Translations under genes and position numbers: made by a program
Shown here: in pieces, positions 7,603 through 17,659 of the stretch
Numbering within the stretch: position 1 is the first letter of the stretch
Layout of the letters: each line of letters opens with the position of its first letter
NCBI GenBank assembly: GCA_003345555.1
Contig: PRDJ01000043.1
Location: 1-24,540, forward strand
From: Candidatus Thorarchaeota archaeon
GTDB taxonomy: Archaea; Asgardarchaeota; Thorarchaeia; Thorarchaeales; Thorarchaeaceae
Direction: 5' to 3'
Length of the DNA stretch: 24,540 nt
Notes under the pieces: generated by a model
Databases searched by the model: none
Told to the model about the DNA's origin: nothing
The model's input: the letters and a program-made list of their open reading frames with translations, nothing else

Positions 7603-8877
7603 ATGAAGTTCGGTATCCCCAAGTGGCCCTTGACAATATTGGGCGGATTCTTCGTTATCCTGCTCTACTGCTTGTTCACTTTTTCATCCTGGGCGCTCTA
7701 TCCTTTTCCATACAGCCCCATGACCAACTACCTGAGCAGACTGGGTGACTTGGTTTACAGTCCACTAGGTGGCAACTTCTACAATGCGGGATGTATCTTG
7801 ACAGGCATAGCACTCGTTCCCTTCTTCATAGGGCTTTATGCCTTGTATGCGGACAGCCTCGTGGAGAAGATTCTGATGATTGTAGGGCAAGTGTTGGGAT
7901 TGTGCTCAGCAGTCGCCCTCACTATGATTGGTGTTTTCTCTGAAGACACTGGAGCACCTCACATGCTTGCCTCGGCCGTGTTCTTCGAATTGTTGTTTGC
8001 AGTCATGATCTTGGTCAGTCTTGCTCTCTTCTTCCATCCGGGTTTAATGAAGGCTATAGCTCTTTACGGCCTGGTCATAGCGGTCTCCGATCTGGTCTTC
8101 TCCTTCTTGGTGGGGGGCCCGTTAGTAGAATGGTATGCAGTCTTCACCGCTCTGGGTTTCGTAGCACTCGTCTCATTGAGCACATCCAGAACAACGGGCA
8201 TGACATTCAGGCAGACAATCCTCAGGCTGTATGACAAAGGCCATTTCGCTCTGTGGGGAATCGCGGCATCTGTTACAGGCCTCGTCTTCATCCTGGGTGC
8301 AATGATCCCATATAGCGGACACAACGGCGAAGCATACTCCGTATTCAATCATTTTGTATCCGAGCTCGGGGAGATAGGAATCTCTGAGGCCGCTATGCTG
8401 TTCAATGTCGGCCTAGTACTTGCAGGCATCGCTTTCATTCCTTTCATGATAGGACTTGGCCTGTATCTTGACTCGCGATTCTACGTTGCGAAACTGGCGG
8501 CTGCGGTCGGTGTGTTCTCCTCAATCGCGATAATCTTCGTCGGCATATTCCCTATGAATTTCATTGCTCAGCACAGACTGTCGGCTCTGTCTTTCTTCTT
8601 TAGTGGAATGATCATGACTGGGTTGTGGATGATTGCCATTCTGCTTCAACGTACGCCAAGAGTCCACAAGCTGATTTCATTGGTCGGGCTGGTCAACGTT
8701 GTTGTCTTTGCAGCATTCATCTTCGGTAACTACGGCACCTACGACATATATGTGGACCGTCCTCCCTTCTGGTGGACCACGACCTTAGAGTGGGCAATCT
8801 ACTTCGCAATCATAGGGTTTCTGTTGTTGATGGCGCTGTACATCTGTAGAAGAGAAAGAGGAAATCCGACCCCGTAG
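7603..8877 (+). CDS. Membrane protein with two tandem DUF998-like modules
   Basis: Module 1: YSPMTNYLSRLG...FYNAGCILTG...LVPFFIGL...IGVFSE...H. Module 2: YSVFNHFVSELG...FNVGLVLAG...FIPFMIGL...VGIFPM...H. The likely start is ATG 7603 (or 7594) after GAGGGA; the track start is 7519. Confidence 0.72.
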   Translation: MKFGIPKWPLTILGGFFVILLYCLFTFSSWALYPFPYSPMTNYLSRLGDLVYSPLGGNFYNAGCILTGIALVPFFIGLYALYADSLVEKILMIVGQVLGLCSAVALTMIGVFSEDTGAPHMLASAVFFELLFAVMILVSLALFFHPGLMKAIALYGLVIAVSDLVFSFLVGGPLVEWYAVFTALGFVALVSLSTSRTTGMTFRQTILRLYDKGHFALWGIAASVTGLVFILGAMIPYSGHNGEAYSVFNHFVSELGEIGISEAAMLFNVGLVLAGIAFIPFMIGLGLYLDSRFYVAKLAAAVGVFSSIAIIFVGIFPMNFIAQHRLSALSFFFSGMIMTGLWMIAILLQRTPRVHKLISLVGLVNVVVFAAFIFGNYGTYDIYVDRPPFWWTTTLEWAIYFAIIGFLLLMALYICRRERGNPTP

Positions 8878-8953
8878 GAATGACTGGAGAGGTCAGTAAT
8901 ACCTCGAACTCGGAGGTAAATCAACTGCCCTACTCCGAAATGGAATGAGAACG

Positions 8954-9016
8954 TTTATTATTGGCCAAAAGACTTCTGTACGGGAATGGGGTTTGCCAGT
9001 GCCGAAGGAAGCACTG
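8954..9016 (+). promoter_or_regulatory. Candidate promoter and 5'-leader hairpin of the ABC operon
   Basis: TATA-like TTTATTA (8954-8960) preceded by GAGAACG. The hairpin CAGTGC-N8-GCACTG (8997-9016) lies just before the SD-like GAGGAG. Confidence 0.35.
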
Positions 9017-9036
9017 TAAGAGGAGCAGCTCAGTGA

Positions 9037-10152
9037 GTGGGAAATGAGAAGATGAATGGAGTAACTGACTCGAGCAAAGAGAGCGAGAACTCAGCGCCGC
9101 CCGTTGAGGAGAATCACTCTCTTGGCGGCTTGCTCTCCAAATTCGGAAGTGTGCTTACGAACTCTTACGTGAGATTCCTAGCTAGGAAAGCCGGCTTTTA
9201 CTTGGTCGTAGTGTTTCTTTCGATGGTGTTGGTATTTTTCATCATTGAATCGATGCCGGGTGATCCTGTTGCCGTAATGCTGGCAAGTGGAAACCCTCCA
9301 CCAGGTGTGGACATCAATGTCCTGGCGGACAAGATGAGGGATTACTTCGGTTTGGACAAACCGATCTTGGACCGGTTCTTCTTCTTCTTGGGCAACTTCT
9401 TCACATGGAATCTAGGGCCATCGTATCATTTCTATCCTGTGCAGGTGTCGACTATAGTCCTGTACTACTTGCCTTACACACTATCTCTGGCAATTCCCGT
9501 GCTCTTTGTTAGTTTCTTCGTGGGAAACTACGTTGGCGCCAGAGCGGCGTATATGAAGGGCAGGTTGAACGAAGCAGGTTACTTTGCTCTGGTCTTCTGC
9601 AATCAGCTGCCGCCTTTCTGGCTTGGATTGGTTGTCGTATTCACCTACGTGCTGTTGTTCCATGGCATTCCTCCAATTGGAGGCGTTACACTAGGCGTGA
9701 TTCCCTCCTTGAGCATCAGCTATTTTGTCGATTTGTTAGCCCACTGGATTCTGCCTTTCCTCACTCTACTAATCGTCTATGTGGGCGCATGGGCTACTGG
9801 CATGAGGTCAATGGTAACCCACGAAATGGATTCTGGCTACGTTCGCTACGGCGAGCAGCTAGGCTTCAAGAAAAGCAAACTGATGTCCTATGCTCAGAGA
9901 AACGCAATCCTCCCACAGTTCACTGGCCTAAACATGGTGTTCAATGGCATCGTCGGACAGACATTGGTAATCGAGATTGTTTTCGGGTGGCCCGGACTCG
10001 GCTTGTTGCTCTACAACGCTGTCTTCAATTATGACTATCCTTTGATTTTCGGCTGTTTCATGGTAATAATCATCATTATTGTCGCGGGCAACTTCCTGAT
10101 AGATGTCCTCTATGGGTTCTTAGACCCACGCATGCGAACTGGGTATGGGTGA
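9037..10152 (+). CDS. ABC transporter permease, OppB/DppB type
   Basis: MPGDPV, YFGLDKP, FFTWNLGPSY, YLPYTL, PPFWLG, EAA-loop equivalent SGYVRYGEQLG...RNAILPQ, IEIVFGWPGLG and DYPLIFG. The start is GTG 9037 or ATG 9052. Confidence 0.92.
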   Translation: MGNEKMNGVTDSSKESENSAPPVEENHSLGGLLSKFGSVLTNSYVRFLARKAGFYLVVVFLSMVLVFFIIESMPGDPVAVMLASGNPPPGVDINVLADKMRDYFGLDKPILDRFFFFLGNFFTWNLGPSYHFYPVQVSTIVLYYLPYTLSLAIPVLFVSFFVGNYVGARAAYMKGRLNEAGYFALVFCNQLPPFWLGLVVVFTYVLLFHGIPPIGGVTLGVIPSLSISYFVDLLAHWILPFLTLLIVYVGAWATGMRSMVTHEMDSGYVRYGEQLGFKKSKLMSYAQRNAILPQFTGLNMVFNGIVGQTLVIEIVFGWPGLGLLLYNAVFNYDYPLIFGCFMVIIIIIVAGNFLIDVLYGFLDPRMRTGYG

Positions 10153-10994
10153 TAGATGTGTGGGAGCTATTACTGAGAAGCCGGAAATTCATGTTCGGGC
10201 TGGCCGTCTTGATAAGTCTCATTCTGCTTGGAACGGTGGGACCCTGGCTGCTTGGAGACCCCTACTACATGAACCTGAGTCTTATCGGTCGGCCTCCTAG
10301 CCCTGAGCACTTGTTGGGTACGACAAGTTTCGGAGAAGATGTGTTTACTCAGCTATGCAACGCTATTGGCAACTCACTGGTGGTCGGTCTTATCGCTGGA
10401 GTATTAGGTACGCTGATAGCAGTCTTCGTAGGGGCAGTGGGTCCATATATAGGAGGGATGGCAGATAGAATCTCGAGTCTGGCTACCAATCTTGCCTTGG
10501 TTCTTCCCTTGATACCTCTATTCATAATCATCGCATCTGTCGTACGCGGACTGAATCTGGTTCTGATAGGGTTGATACTAGCCGCTACTTCTTGGCCGTG
10601 GGCCGCCAGGAGTATAAGATCGCAGGTACTCACCCTAAAAGAAAGGGAATACGTGAATCTGGCGCGTATGTCGGGGCAGAACAGCGTAGACATAGTGGTA
10701 ACGGAGGTTCTGCCGAACATGCTGGCTTACATCATGATGGTCTTTGTCATACTGACCGGGACGGCCATACTCGCCGAGTCAGCGCTCAGCATGATAGGCG
10801 TGTCCACGACGCGCACCATCACTTTGGGGTATATGCTCTACTGGGCCCAACACGAAACCACGGTCCCGTTCTGGTGGAATATCTGGTGGTGGTTCATTCC
10901 GCCTGGCATCGTCTTGACAGTATTGCTGACAGCCATCTTCGTCATCCACGCGGGCATGGATGAAATATTCAATCCAAGGTTGCGGGAGCTCTGA
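10149..10994 (+). CDS. ABC transporter permease, OppC/DppC type
   Basis: PPSPEHLLGTTSFGEDV, WPWAARSIRSQVLTLKEREYV, LPNM, LAESALS and WWWFIPPG. There is a 4-nt GTGA overlap with the previous stop. Confidence 0.92.
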   Translation: MIDVWELLLRSRKFMFGLAVLISLILLGTVGPWLLGDPYYMNLSLIGRPPSPEHLLGTTSFGEDVFTQLCNAIGNSLVVGLIAGVLGTLIAVFVGAVGPYIGGMADRISSLATNLALVLPLIPLFIIIASVVRGLNLVLIGLILAATSWPWAARSIRSQVLTLKEREYVNLARMSGQNSVDIVVTEVLPNMLAYIMMVFVILTGTAILAESALSMIGVSTTRTITLGYMLYWAQHETTVPFWWNIWWWFIPPGIVLTVLLTAIFVIHAGMDEIFNPRLREL

Positions 10995-11000
10995 TACCTC

Positions 11001-12011
11001 GTGGCGACACATATCCTCGAAGTCCAAGATCTCAGGGGCTACTATAGAGGTACATTCGGTGTCGTTCATGCCGTCGACGGTGTTTCGTTCACGGTGGACC
11101 GCGGCGTTGTAATGGGTATTGCAGGCGAGTCAGGCGGTGGTAAATCCACGCTCGCCCAACTTGTCTCGGGGTCACCACCTCCACTGCTACACCTTGAAGG
11201 AGGAACAATCCTCGTCGACGGAATTGACATCTACAGCATAAATCCCGAAGAACTCAGAACTGAAGTCAAATGCAAACGCATGTCCTACGTTCCTCAATCC
11301 TCAATGGAGTCTTTGAACCCCGTCAAAAGGATACGGGACTTCATCTTCGATGTGGTGAGACAACGCACAGGCAAGAGAATTGCCTCAAGCGAAGAGAAAG
11401 CAGAGGTTCTCGATATGGCTGCGAATCACATGAAGACGCTCGGATTGGACAGGCCGGTCTTAGATCGATACCCACACGAACTCAGTGGAGGCATGAAACA
11501 AAGGGTTGTAATTGCAGTGTCAACACTCTGGAATCCCAAGCTCCTCATAATAGACGAACCGACTTCCGCTCTTGATGTGACTTCACAAAAACGCATGATA
11601 GAAGCTCTGCTGAATCTGAAACGAGCGGGAACTATCGAGAGTATGTTGTACATATCTCACGACTTGACAAGTCTAAGACAACTATGCGGCGAATGCATAA
11701 TCATGTATGCAGGGAAAATCGCTGAAATAGGCGATATGGAGGAAACGATAGACAGCCCTCGGCATCCCTATTCACGTTTGCTTACAGCTGCAATCGCATC
11801 TTATGACTCAAAAGGAAGGAAAATGGGAGAATTGAAAAGCATCGCTGGATCGCCGCCCGACCTGAGAGACCCTCCGGCCGGCTGTAGATTCCATCCAAGA
11901 TGCCCCTACGTCATGGATATCTGTAGAACAAAGGAGCCTCCTATGTTCTGGGCAGGAGAGAGAAAGGGTGGAGCTTCTTGTTGGTTATTGACTTCACAAG
12001 CAGGGCAGTAG
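11001..12011 (+). CDS. ABC transporter ATP-binding protein, OppD/DppD type, with C-terminal Cys cluster
   Basis: Walker A GESGGGKST, Q-loop YVPQ, signature YPHELSGGMKQR, Walker B LLIIDEPT, H-loop ISHD, HPYS and C-terminal GCRFHPRCPYVMDIC...ASCWL. Confidence 0.95.
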   Translation: MATHILEVQDLRGYYRGTFGVVHAVDGVSFTVDRGVVMGIAGESGGGKSTLAQLVSGSPPPLLHLEGGTILVDGIDIYSINPEELRTEVKCKRMSYVPQSSMESLNPVKRIRDFIFDVVRQRTGKRIASSEEKAEVLDMAANHMKTLGLDRPVLDRYPHELSGGMKQRVVIAVSTLWNPKLLIIDEPTSALDVTSQKRMIEALLNLKRAGTIESMLYISHDLTSLRQLCGECIIMYAGKIAEIGDMEETIDSPRHPYSRLLTAAIASYDSKGRKMGELKSIAGSPPDLRDPPAGCRFHPRCPYVMDICRTKEPPMFWAGERKGGASCWLLTSQAGQ

Positions 12012-12012
12012 C

Positions 12013-12834
12013 ATGGACGACACTTCTGAAACAGGAAACAACGGAATTGTCCTCAAGTGTGAAGGGCTGACCAAGCTATACACCTCTGGCCTGATAAGGA
12101 CGAAGACAGTTACGGGTGCGAAAGACGTAAGCTTCGGCATAAAGAGGGGGGAGATTGTCTCTCTCGCAGGTGAAAGTGGTAGCGGAAAATCAACCGTAGC
12201 TAGGATGATCCTCAGATTGATAAAGCCGACATCGGGCAGTATCACCTTGAATGGGAGAAGCATCTATTCATATGACATTCGAGAATACTACCGGCAGGTA
12301 CAAGCGGTGTTTCAAGACCCGTACTCAGCCTTCAATCCGTTCTATACTGTCGACCACGTCATGGAAAGGGCTTTTGGCCTCCGCGAAGGCAGCATCGACC
12401 CTGACGAAAAGGATAAGATAATCCAGTCTACGCTTGAGTCGATCGGACTAAACCCTAGTGAAGTCTTGGGCAGGTATCCACACGAATTGAGCGGCGGCCA
12501 AATGCAGCGCATGCTCATTGGTAGATCCCTTCTCATCGGTTCACAGCTACTGATAGCAGATGAACCTACCAGCATGATAGATGCATCGACACGGGCTGGA
12601 GTGTTGAACCTGCTTCTTAGTCTGAAGAAAGACAAAGGGTTGTCCGTGTTGTTCATAACTCATGATATCGGTCAAGCTCAATATGTATCGGAGAGAGTTC
12701 TTGTGATGAAGCAAGGCGAAGTGGTCGAACAGGGCCCTGTTGATGAGGTCTTCATTAGACCAAAACATCCGTACACAAAAGAGCTCCTTGCGGCTGTCCC
12801 TACTCTCTACGAAAGATGGGATACATGCAGATAG
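12013..12834 (+). CDS. ABC transporter ATP-binding protein, OppF/DppF type
   Basis: GESGSGKST, FQDPY, YPHELSGGQMQR, LLIADEPTS, ITHD and PKHPYTKELL. It starts 1 nt after the previous stop. Confidence 0.95.
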   Translation: MDDTSETGNNGIVLKCEGLTKLYTSGLIRTKTVTGAKDVSFGIKRGEIVSLAGESGSGKSTVARMILRLIKPTSGSITLNGRSIYSYDIREYYRQVQAVFQDPYSAFNPFYTVDHVMERAFGLREGSIDPDEKDKIIQSTLESIGLNPSEVLGRYPHELSGGQMQRMLIGRSLLIGSQLLIADEPTSMIDASTRAGVLNLLLSLKKDKGLSVLFITHDIGQAQYVSERVLVMKQGEVVEQGPVDEVFIRPKHPYTKELLAAVPTLYERWDTCR

Positions 12835-12996
12835 GCACCTTCCATTAACCGGGAGAAACATATCCGTCGGTAAAGATTCGCTCCTAGTCTTGTGCGTGAA
12901 TCGAACCGGACCAGTAATGTGATCAAGGCTCGGAGAGTACAGTGTGATGGTCCCTGCCACAGAAAGAAGCAGCGTACCGCGGCAAGAACAGAACAA

Positions 12997-13110
12997 TGAT
13001 TTACAAAAGTGAATCAGAGCAACGATTCTTTCGCCGCAACCCGAAAAGAACAAGGCAACACTTAAATAACGCATGTGGTCATACAAACTATTCGCGGAGT
13101 ACTTAGGAGG
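12997..13110 (+). promoter_or_regulatory. Candidate internal promoter of the binding-protein gene, with upstream inverted repeat and strong SD
   Basis: TGATTTAC-AAAA-GTGAATCA (12997-13016, 7/8 match), TATA-like TTAAATA (13062-13068) and AGGAGG (13105-13110), all within a 288-nt gap. Confidence 0.4.
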
Positions 13111-13122
13111 AAATAAAACTAA

Positions 13123-15105
13123 GTGAACAGAGCAGTTAAGATTGTATCCGCCATGGCTATTGCAGTCATGGTGGCTGCAATGGCCTTTTCCAGTGTCAAT
13201 GTGAGGCCAGTCCTCGCCCAAGCGAGCGTTCCTAGAAACGAAACGGTCTGGGGGGCTGGCTTCGGTATGAACACTGGAAGCTATCAACCATGGAACATGG
13301 GCTCAAACCAAGGCTGGACAACCTACCTTATGTATGAACCCTTGTTCGGGACTAACGTAGCAACAGGAGAAATCATTGGTTGGCTAGGTGATACTATCGC
13401 TTGGCAGGGCACTGACACTATACAGATAACACTGAGAAGCGATCTTCACTGGACTTCCATAGGCAGCAGCCTCGTTAGCAACACCACAGCGATAACGACG
13501 GATGATGTCATCTACTCGTTTGAGATTCTTCAGCAGACCGGTCAACTGGGTTCCCTTGTACAGAGAGTGGGAAATGTCAGTACTGCCTTCGAGAAAGTGA
13601 GTAACACAGTACTGAAGGTGCACATATTACCGCTATACGAAGGAAGCAGTGAGGTGTACCGCCAACTGACATATGGCTTTCTCATATTCCCCAAGGCCGT
13701 CTGGCAAGATATCAATACGACAAATGCTGGCGACCTCTCAACCTATACGAATGATTGGCTAGATACCGTAGCGGTTCCAGCCAAGTGGAGAGTAGCGTCT
13801 GGAATGTACTTACCGTACTATCACGATGCTACAACCACGATTGGTAAGGTTAACGCGAACTGGTGGGGAGTAAATGACACAGACTTCGGCAGATTGCCTA
13901 AACCAAACTACTTTGGATACACATCGTACTCAAGTAACGACCTTGCACTTCTTGCTATGGAAGGTGGAAATCTCGATTGGGATGGCAATTATCTTGCAGG
14001 ATTGACTGAAGTCAAGGCACAATACCCGAACGTCGTCACCTACTTTGATGATTTGCCATATTTCCCAGACAAGTCACCGGTTATGCTTGTTCCGAACCAC
14101 AGGAACTACCCGCTGAATCAGACTTGGCTCCACAAGGCTATGGCTTCTGTGCTGAACTACTCGGCCATGAGTGCCGTTTCCAGCGGCTACTTGAAGAACC
14201 CTAGCCCTATGCTGATTCCAGCAGACGATGCATCGGCCAGAGCACTATTGAATACGACAATCGAAGCCAAGTACGCGATTACTTACAATGTAGCCTATGC
14301 GCTTGGAATCCTAAACACATACTGCAACTTCGATGAAGCATCCGGAGTATGGTGGACAAAGCAAGGAGTCACACCCAGCGATCCTATCAAGCACTATCCA
14401 CTCCAAGAGTGGAACTATGAATCTAATACGACCGCTCCGTGGACTATCTTAGACTTCCTCGGATGGACAGACGTTGATGCTATGGACGCCGTAGCAGCCC
14501 AGCTATTCTCCAGTCTGCTCCACATAAACACACAAGTGGAACTGATTAGCGGCTGGGGTACCGTTCAGGTAAGGATGAACAATTTCCAGTACGATCTTGC
14601 TGACATGGTCATGTCCGGGCAGATAAACATGAACATGTATGAACGCTACTTCCAGATGTTCTCCCCAGAGAGCTCTAGCGCGGGTGGAGGGGTAAATGCT
14701 CCTCTAGGCGGCTGGTATAACCAAACATTCATTGACGACATAGAGGAACTTGATACACATCCTGCCGGCTCTGCCGCGCAATGGGCTGTCGCTAACGAGA
14801 TGCAAGAGATTCTCGGTCAAGTCATGCCTGTCATTCCATTGGCAGGACACGCTGACTGGCAAATCTATAGCACTACGTACTGGAAGAACTGGCCAAACAG
14901 TGTAACCAATCCAATGCTACCAAGCAGTCCCTTCGCTGGCACCACACAGAACGCAAATCTGCTTGCGATTGTCTTCGCCTTGAACTCAACAGGGGCTACA
15001 ACGGTTCTACCGCCGGACTACACGCTCCTCATAGTTGGAGGAGTAGCAGTAGTCGCAGTGCTAGCTATAGTCATTGTGCTGTACATGCGTAGACCTAGCA
15101 AGTAA
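13123..15105 (+). CDS. ABC transporter substrate-binding protein, family 5, cellobiose/oligosaccharide-binding (CbtA/TmCBP-like) type
   Basis: Signal peptide, PRNETVW, YEPLF, ITTDDVIYSF, SGMY, NANWWG, NYPLNQTWLHKAMA, MPVIPL, YSTTYWKNWP and a C-terminal TM anchor followed by RR. The position next to GH94/GH1 genes supports a sugar substrate. Confidence 0.85.
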   Translation: MNRAVKIVSAMAIAVMVAAMAFSSVNVRPVLAQASVPRNETVWGAGFGMNTGSYQPWNMGSNQGWTTYLMYEPLFGTNVATGEIIGWLGDTIAWQGTDTIQITLRSDLHWTSIGSSLVSNTTAITTDDVIYSFEILQQTGQLGSLVQRVGNVSTAFEKVSNTVLKVHILPLYEGSSEVYRQLTYGFLIFPKAVWQDINTTNAGDLSTYTNDWLDTVAVPAKWRVASGMYLPYYHDATTTIGKVNANWWGVNDTDFGRLPKPNYFGYTSYSSNDLALLAMEGGNLDWDGNYLAGLTEVKAQYPNVVTYFDDLPYFPDKSPVMLVPNHRNYPLNQTWLHKAMASVLNYSAMSAVSSGYLKNPSPMLIPADDASARALLNTTIEAKYAITYNVAYALGILNTYCNFDEASGVWWTKQGVTPSDPIKHYPLQEWNYESNTTAPWTILDFLGWTDVDAMDAVAAQLFSSLLHINTQVELISGWGTVQVRMNNFQYDLADMVMSGQINMNMYERYFQMFSPESSSAGGGVNAPLGGWYNQTFIDDIEELDTHPAGSAAQWAVANEMQEILGQVMPVIPLAGHADWQIYSTTYWKNWPNSVTNPMLPSSPFAGTTQNANLLAIVFALNSTGATTVLPPDYTLLIVGGVAVVAVLAIVIVLYMRRPSK

Positions 15106-15115
15106 GAATGAGAGA

Positions 15116-15151
15116 GGAGGTTGTTGATGCAAATCACAACCTTCTTTTTTT
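15116..15151 (+). terminator. Intrinsic-terminator-like hairpin with GCAA tetraloop and T7 tract
   Basis: GGAGGTTG(T)TGAT-GCAA-ATCACAACCTTC forms 12 pairs (one G-U) with one bulge, followed by TTTTTTT (15145-15151). It starts 11 nt after the binding-protein stop. A second IR, CTTTGT-N7-ACAAAG, lies at 15152-15170. Confidence 0.75.
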
Positions 15152-15214
15152 CTTTGTTGGACGTACAAAGCTCACCATGTCTTTTTGGGTGTTTCCCTAT
15201 TCTTGTAAGTTGCC

Positions 15215-17659
15215 TCATGAAATCGTTACCTTCACTTTGACGTCGGTCTTGCCAGCTGGAGGAATTGGAAGGATGTTGCCCTCCAGTTGTTTTCCATCCA
15301 CTACCACAGAAGCGACATTTCCTCTGCCAGCTCGCTCAACATCGATGTGATAAGATATACCGCGGTATTTCCTTATGGCTTGGAATCCCTTCCATTTCGA
15401 GGGAATTACGGGAGCGATTCTTAACCCTTTGAGCGTGGGGGAAATTCCAAGGATATGCTGTGTGATAGCGACATAGTTCCATGCCGCTGTTCCCGTCAGC
15501 CACGAGTTCTTTGCTTCCCCATGAGTTGGAGCGTCGTGACCAGCTATCATCTGGGCATACACGTATGGTTCGCAGCGATGCAGTTCGCCTATTCCTTCTC
15601 GTGCCGATGGGTTAATCTTGAGATAGTATTCATGAGCTCGGTCCCCGTCTCCAACCAGCGTTTCTGCGATCATAATCCATGGATTGTTATGGCAGAAAAT
15701 CCCCGCATTCTCTTTGTATCCTGGAGGGTAAGACGAGATTTCGCCGTATTCTGCAAAGTACCGTGAATATGCAGGCTGAAGAAGCACTATGCCGTGGTTT
15801 GTGTCTAATCGTTGTTTTACGGAGTCAAGAGCTTTTTTCGCTAGCCCATCGTCGAGTCCAATGCCTGCCATGGGGCAAATGCCTTGTGGCTCGATGTATA
15901 TCTGCCCTTCTTGGCACTCCTTCGAGCCCACTTTTCTGCCGAAGTCGTCATATGCACGTATGAACCAGTTCCCGTCCCATCCATACTTATGGATTGTATC
16001 ATCCATCTTTCTCGCCTCTTCTTCATACATACTCGCCTCACTGGCAAGACCACGAGCCTCTGCAAGGTCGGCAATTTCTGTGCAGGCTAGCACAAAAAGG
16101 CCAGCAATAAAGACGGACTCGGCAATCTTGCCATCCTTATTGGTAGTAGTCTGAAAGGACTGGCCTGGCGTGTCAGAGAAGCAGTTCAGATTCAAGCAGT
16201 CATTCCAATCCGCACGCCCTATGAGCGGCAGGCCGTGCGGCCCGAGCCTACCAAGAGTGTAGTGAATGCTCTTCTGAAGGTGATCATCTAGAGGCCTTTC
16301 CGTACCAGACTTGTTTTCGTAGGGAACTCGTTCTTCGAGAATCGACCAGTCGCCAGTCTCCTTGATAAAGGCCGAGACTGCTAGGATGAGCCAAAGGGGA
16401 TCGTCATTGAAGTTGCTGCCAATGTCATTATTCCCGCGTTTTGTCAACGGTTGGTATTGGTGAAATGCACCGCCATTCTGTAGCTGTGTAGCAGCCAAAT
16501 CGAGGATACGCTCGCGAGCACGCTTGGGTACCATCTGGACAAATCCCAAAAGGTCCTGATTAGAATCGCGGAAGCCAAGGCCGCGCCCGATGCCAGACTC
16601 ATAGAACGATGCTGAGCGTGATACGTTAAAAGTCGCCATGCATTGGTATGGGTTCCAAATGTTCACCATGCGGTTGGTATGAACGTCAGGTGTTTCAACA
16701 TGAACAATCGAGAGTAGCTCATCCCAGTATTCCTTTAGGGACTGAAAAGCTGCATCAGCATTCCTTGGGACTAGCAGCCTGGCTATGATGGGTCTCACTG
16801 TTCGTTTGTCGATAATCTGTGAATCTTGTGGGAAGAATTTCTTATCCTTTGGATTCTCGTGGTAACCAAGAAGAAAGATGATTTGCCGGGATTCTCCTGG
16901 CTTGAGTTGAAGCTCTACATGATGGGATCCGATTGGTGACCATCCGCAAGCCACCGAGTTCGTCGTTCGCCCCCGTTGCACAGCCTCAGGGTTATCCCAG
17001 CCGCGATAGGCACCAAGGAAGGCCTCACGCTGCGTTTCAAACCCAGCGAGTTTCTCTGAACAGGCAAAATAGGCAAAGTGATTGCGGCGTTCACGATACT
17101 CCGTCTTGTGGTAGATGACGCCGTTCTCAATTTCCACCTGGCCCGTATTGAAGTTGCGTTGGAAGTTGGTTTGATCGTCTAACGCGTCCCACAGACAGAA
17201 TTCAATCAGAGAGAACACGGAAATACTTGCAGTTTCTTCTCTGTGATTCGTTATCGTCAACTGCCAAATCTCAAGGTTTTCGCCAAGCGGTACGAAGTAT
17301 CTTGTCTGGGCCTCTATTCTCCTATAGGTGGAGCCAATTATGGTGTAACCCATGCCATGACGACAGACGTAGCCCTCTGCTTCGTGACGTGTTGGCATCC
17401 AGGATGGAGACCAAAACTCGCCACTCTTGTTATCACGTATATAGACGTATCTCCCGCCAGAATCGAACGGCACATTGTTGTAGCGATAGCGGGTTATGCG
17501 CCTCTGTCGAGCATCTTTATAGAATGAGTATCCTCCCGCTGTGTTTGAGATAATGCCGAAGTACTCCTCGCAGCCGAGGTAGTTTATCCAAGGTAAGGGA
17601 GTATCCGGTCGAGTAATCACGTACTCTCGGCGCTCATCATCGAATTCTCCGAAACGCAT
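15215..17659 (-). CDS. cepA: Cellobiose phosphorylase, GH94
   Basis: [85 protein letters not shown], catalytic [45 protein letters not shown] and [21 protein letters not shown] lies 5 nt upstream. Confidence 0.9.
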   Translation of the reverse strand: MRFGEFDDERREYVITRPDTPLPWINYLGCEEYFGIISNTAGGYSFYKDARQRRITRYRYNNVPFDSGGRYVYIRDNKSGEFWSPSWMPTRHEAEGYVCRHGMGYTIIGSTYRRIEAQTRYFVPLGENLEIWQLTITNHREETASISVFSLIEFCLWDALDDQTNFQRNFNTGQVEIENGVIYHKTEYRERRNHFAYFACSEKLAGFETQREAFLGAYRGWDNPEAVQRGRTTNSVACGWSPIGSHHVELQLKPGESRQIIFLLGYHENPKDKKFFPQDSQIIDKRTVRPIIARLLVPRNADAAFQSLKEYWDELLSIVHVETPDVHTNRMVNIWNPYQCMATFNVSRSASFYESGIGRGLGFRDSNQDLLGFVQMVPKRARERILDLAATQLQNGGAFHQYQPLTKRGNNDIGSNFNDDPLWLILAVSAFIKETGDWSILEERVPYENKSGTERPLDDHLQKSIHYTLGRLGPHGLPLIGRADWNDCLNLNCFSDTPGQSFQTTTNKDGKIAESVFIAGLFVLACTEIADLAEARGLASEASMYEEEARKMDDTIHKYGWDGNWFIRAYDDFGRKVGSKECQEGQIYIEPQGICPMAGIGLDDGLAKKALDSVKQRLDTNHGIVLLQPAYSRYFAEYGEISSYPPGYKENAGIFCHNNPWIMIAETLVGDGDRAHEYYLKINPSAREGIGELHRCEPYVYAQMIAGHDAPTHGEAKNSWLTGTAAWNYVAITQHILGISPTLKGLRIAPVIPSKWKGFQAIRKYRGISYHIDVERAGRGNVASVVVDGKQLEGNILPIPPAGKTDVKVKVTIS

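Noticed and set aside
12547-13287. 246-aa minus-strand ORF
   Set aside because: It overlaps both the ATPase and binding-protein genes in antisense, has no motifs and has an atypical composition.
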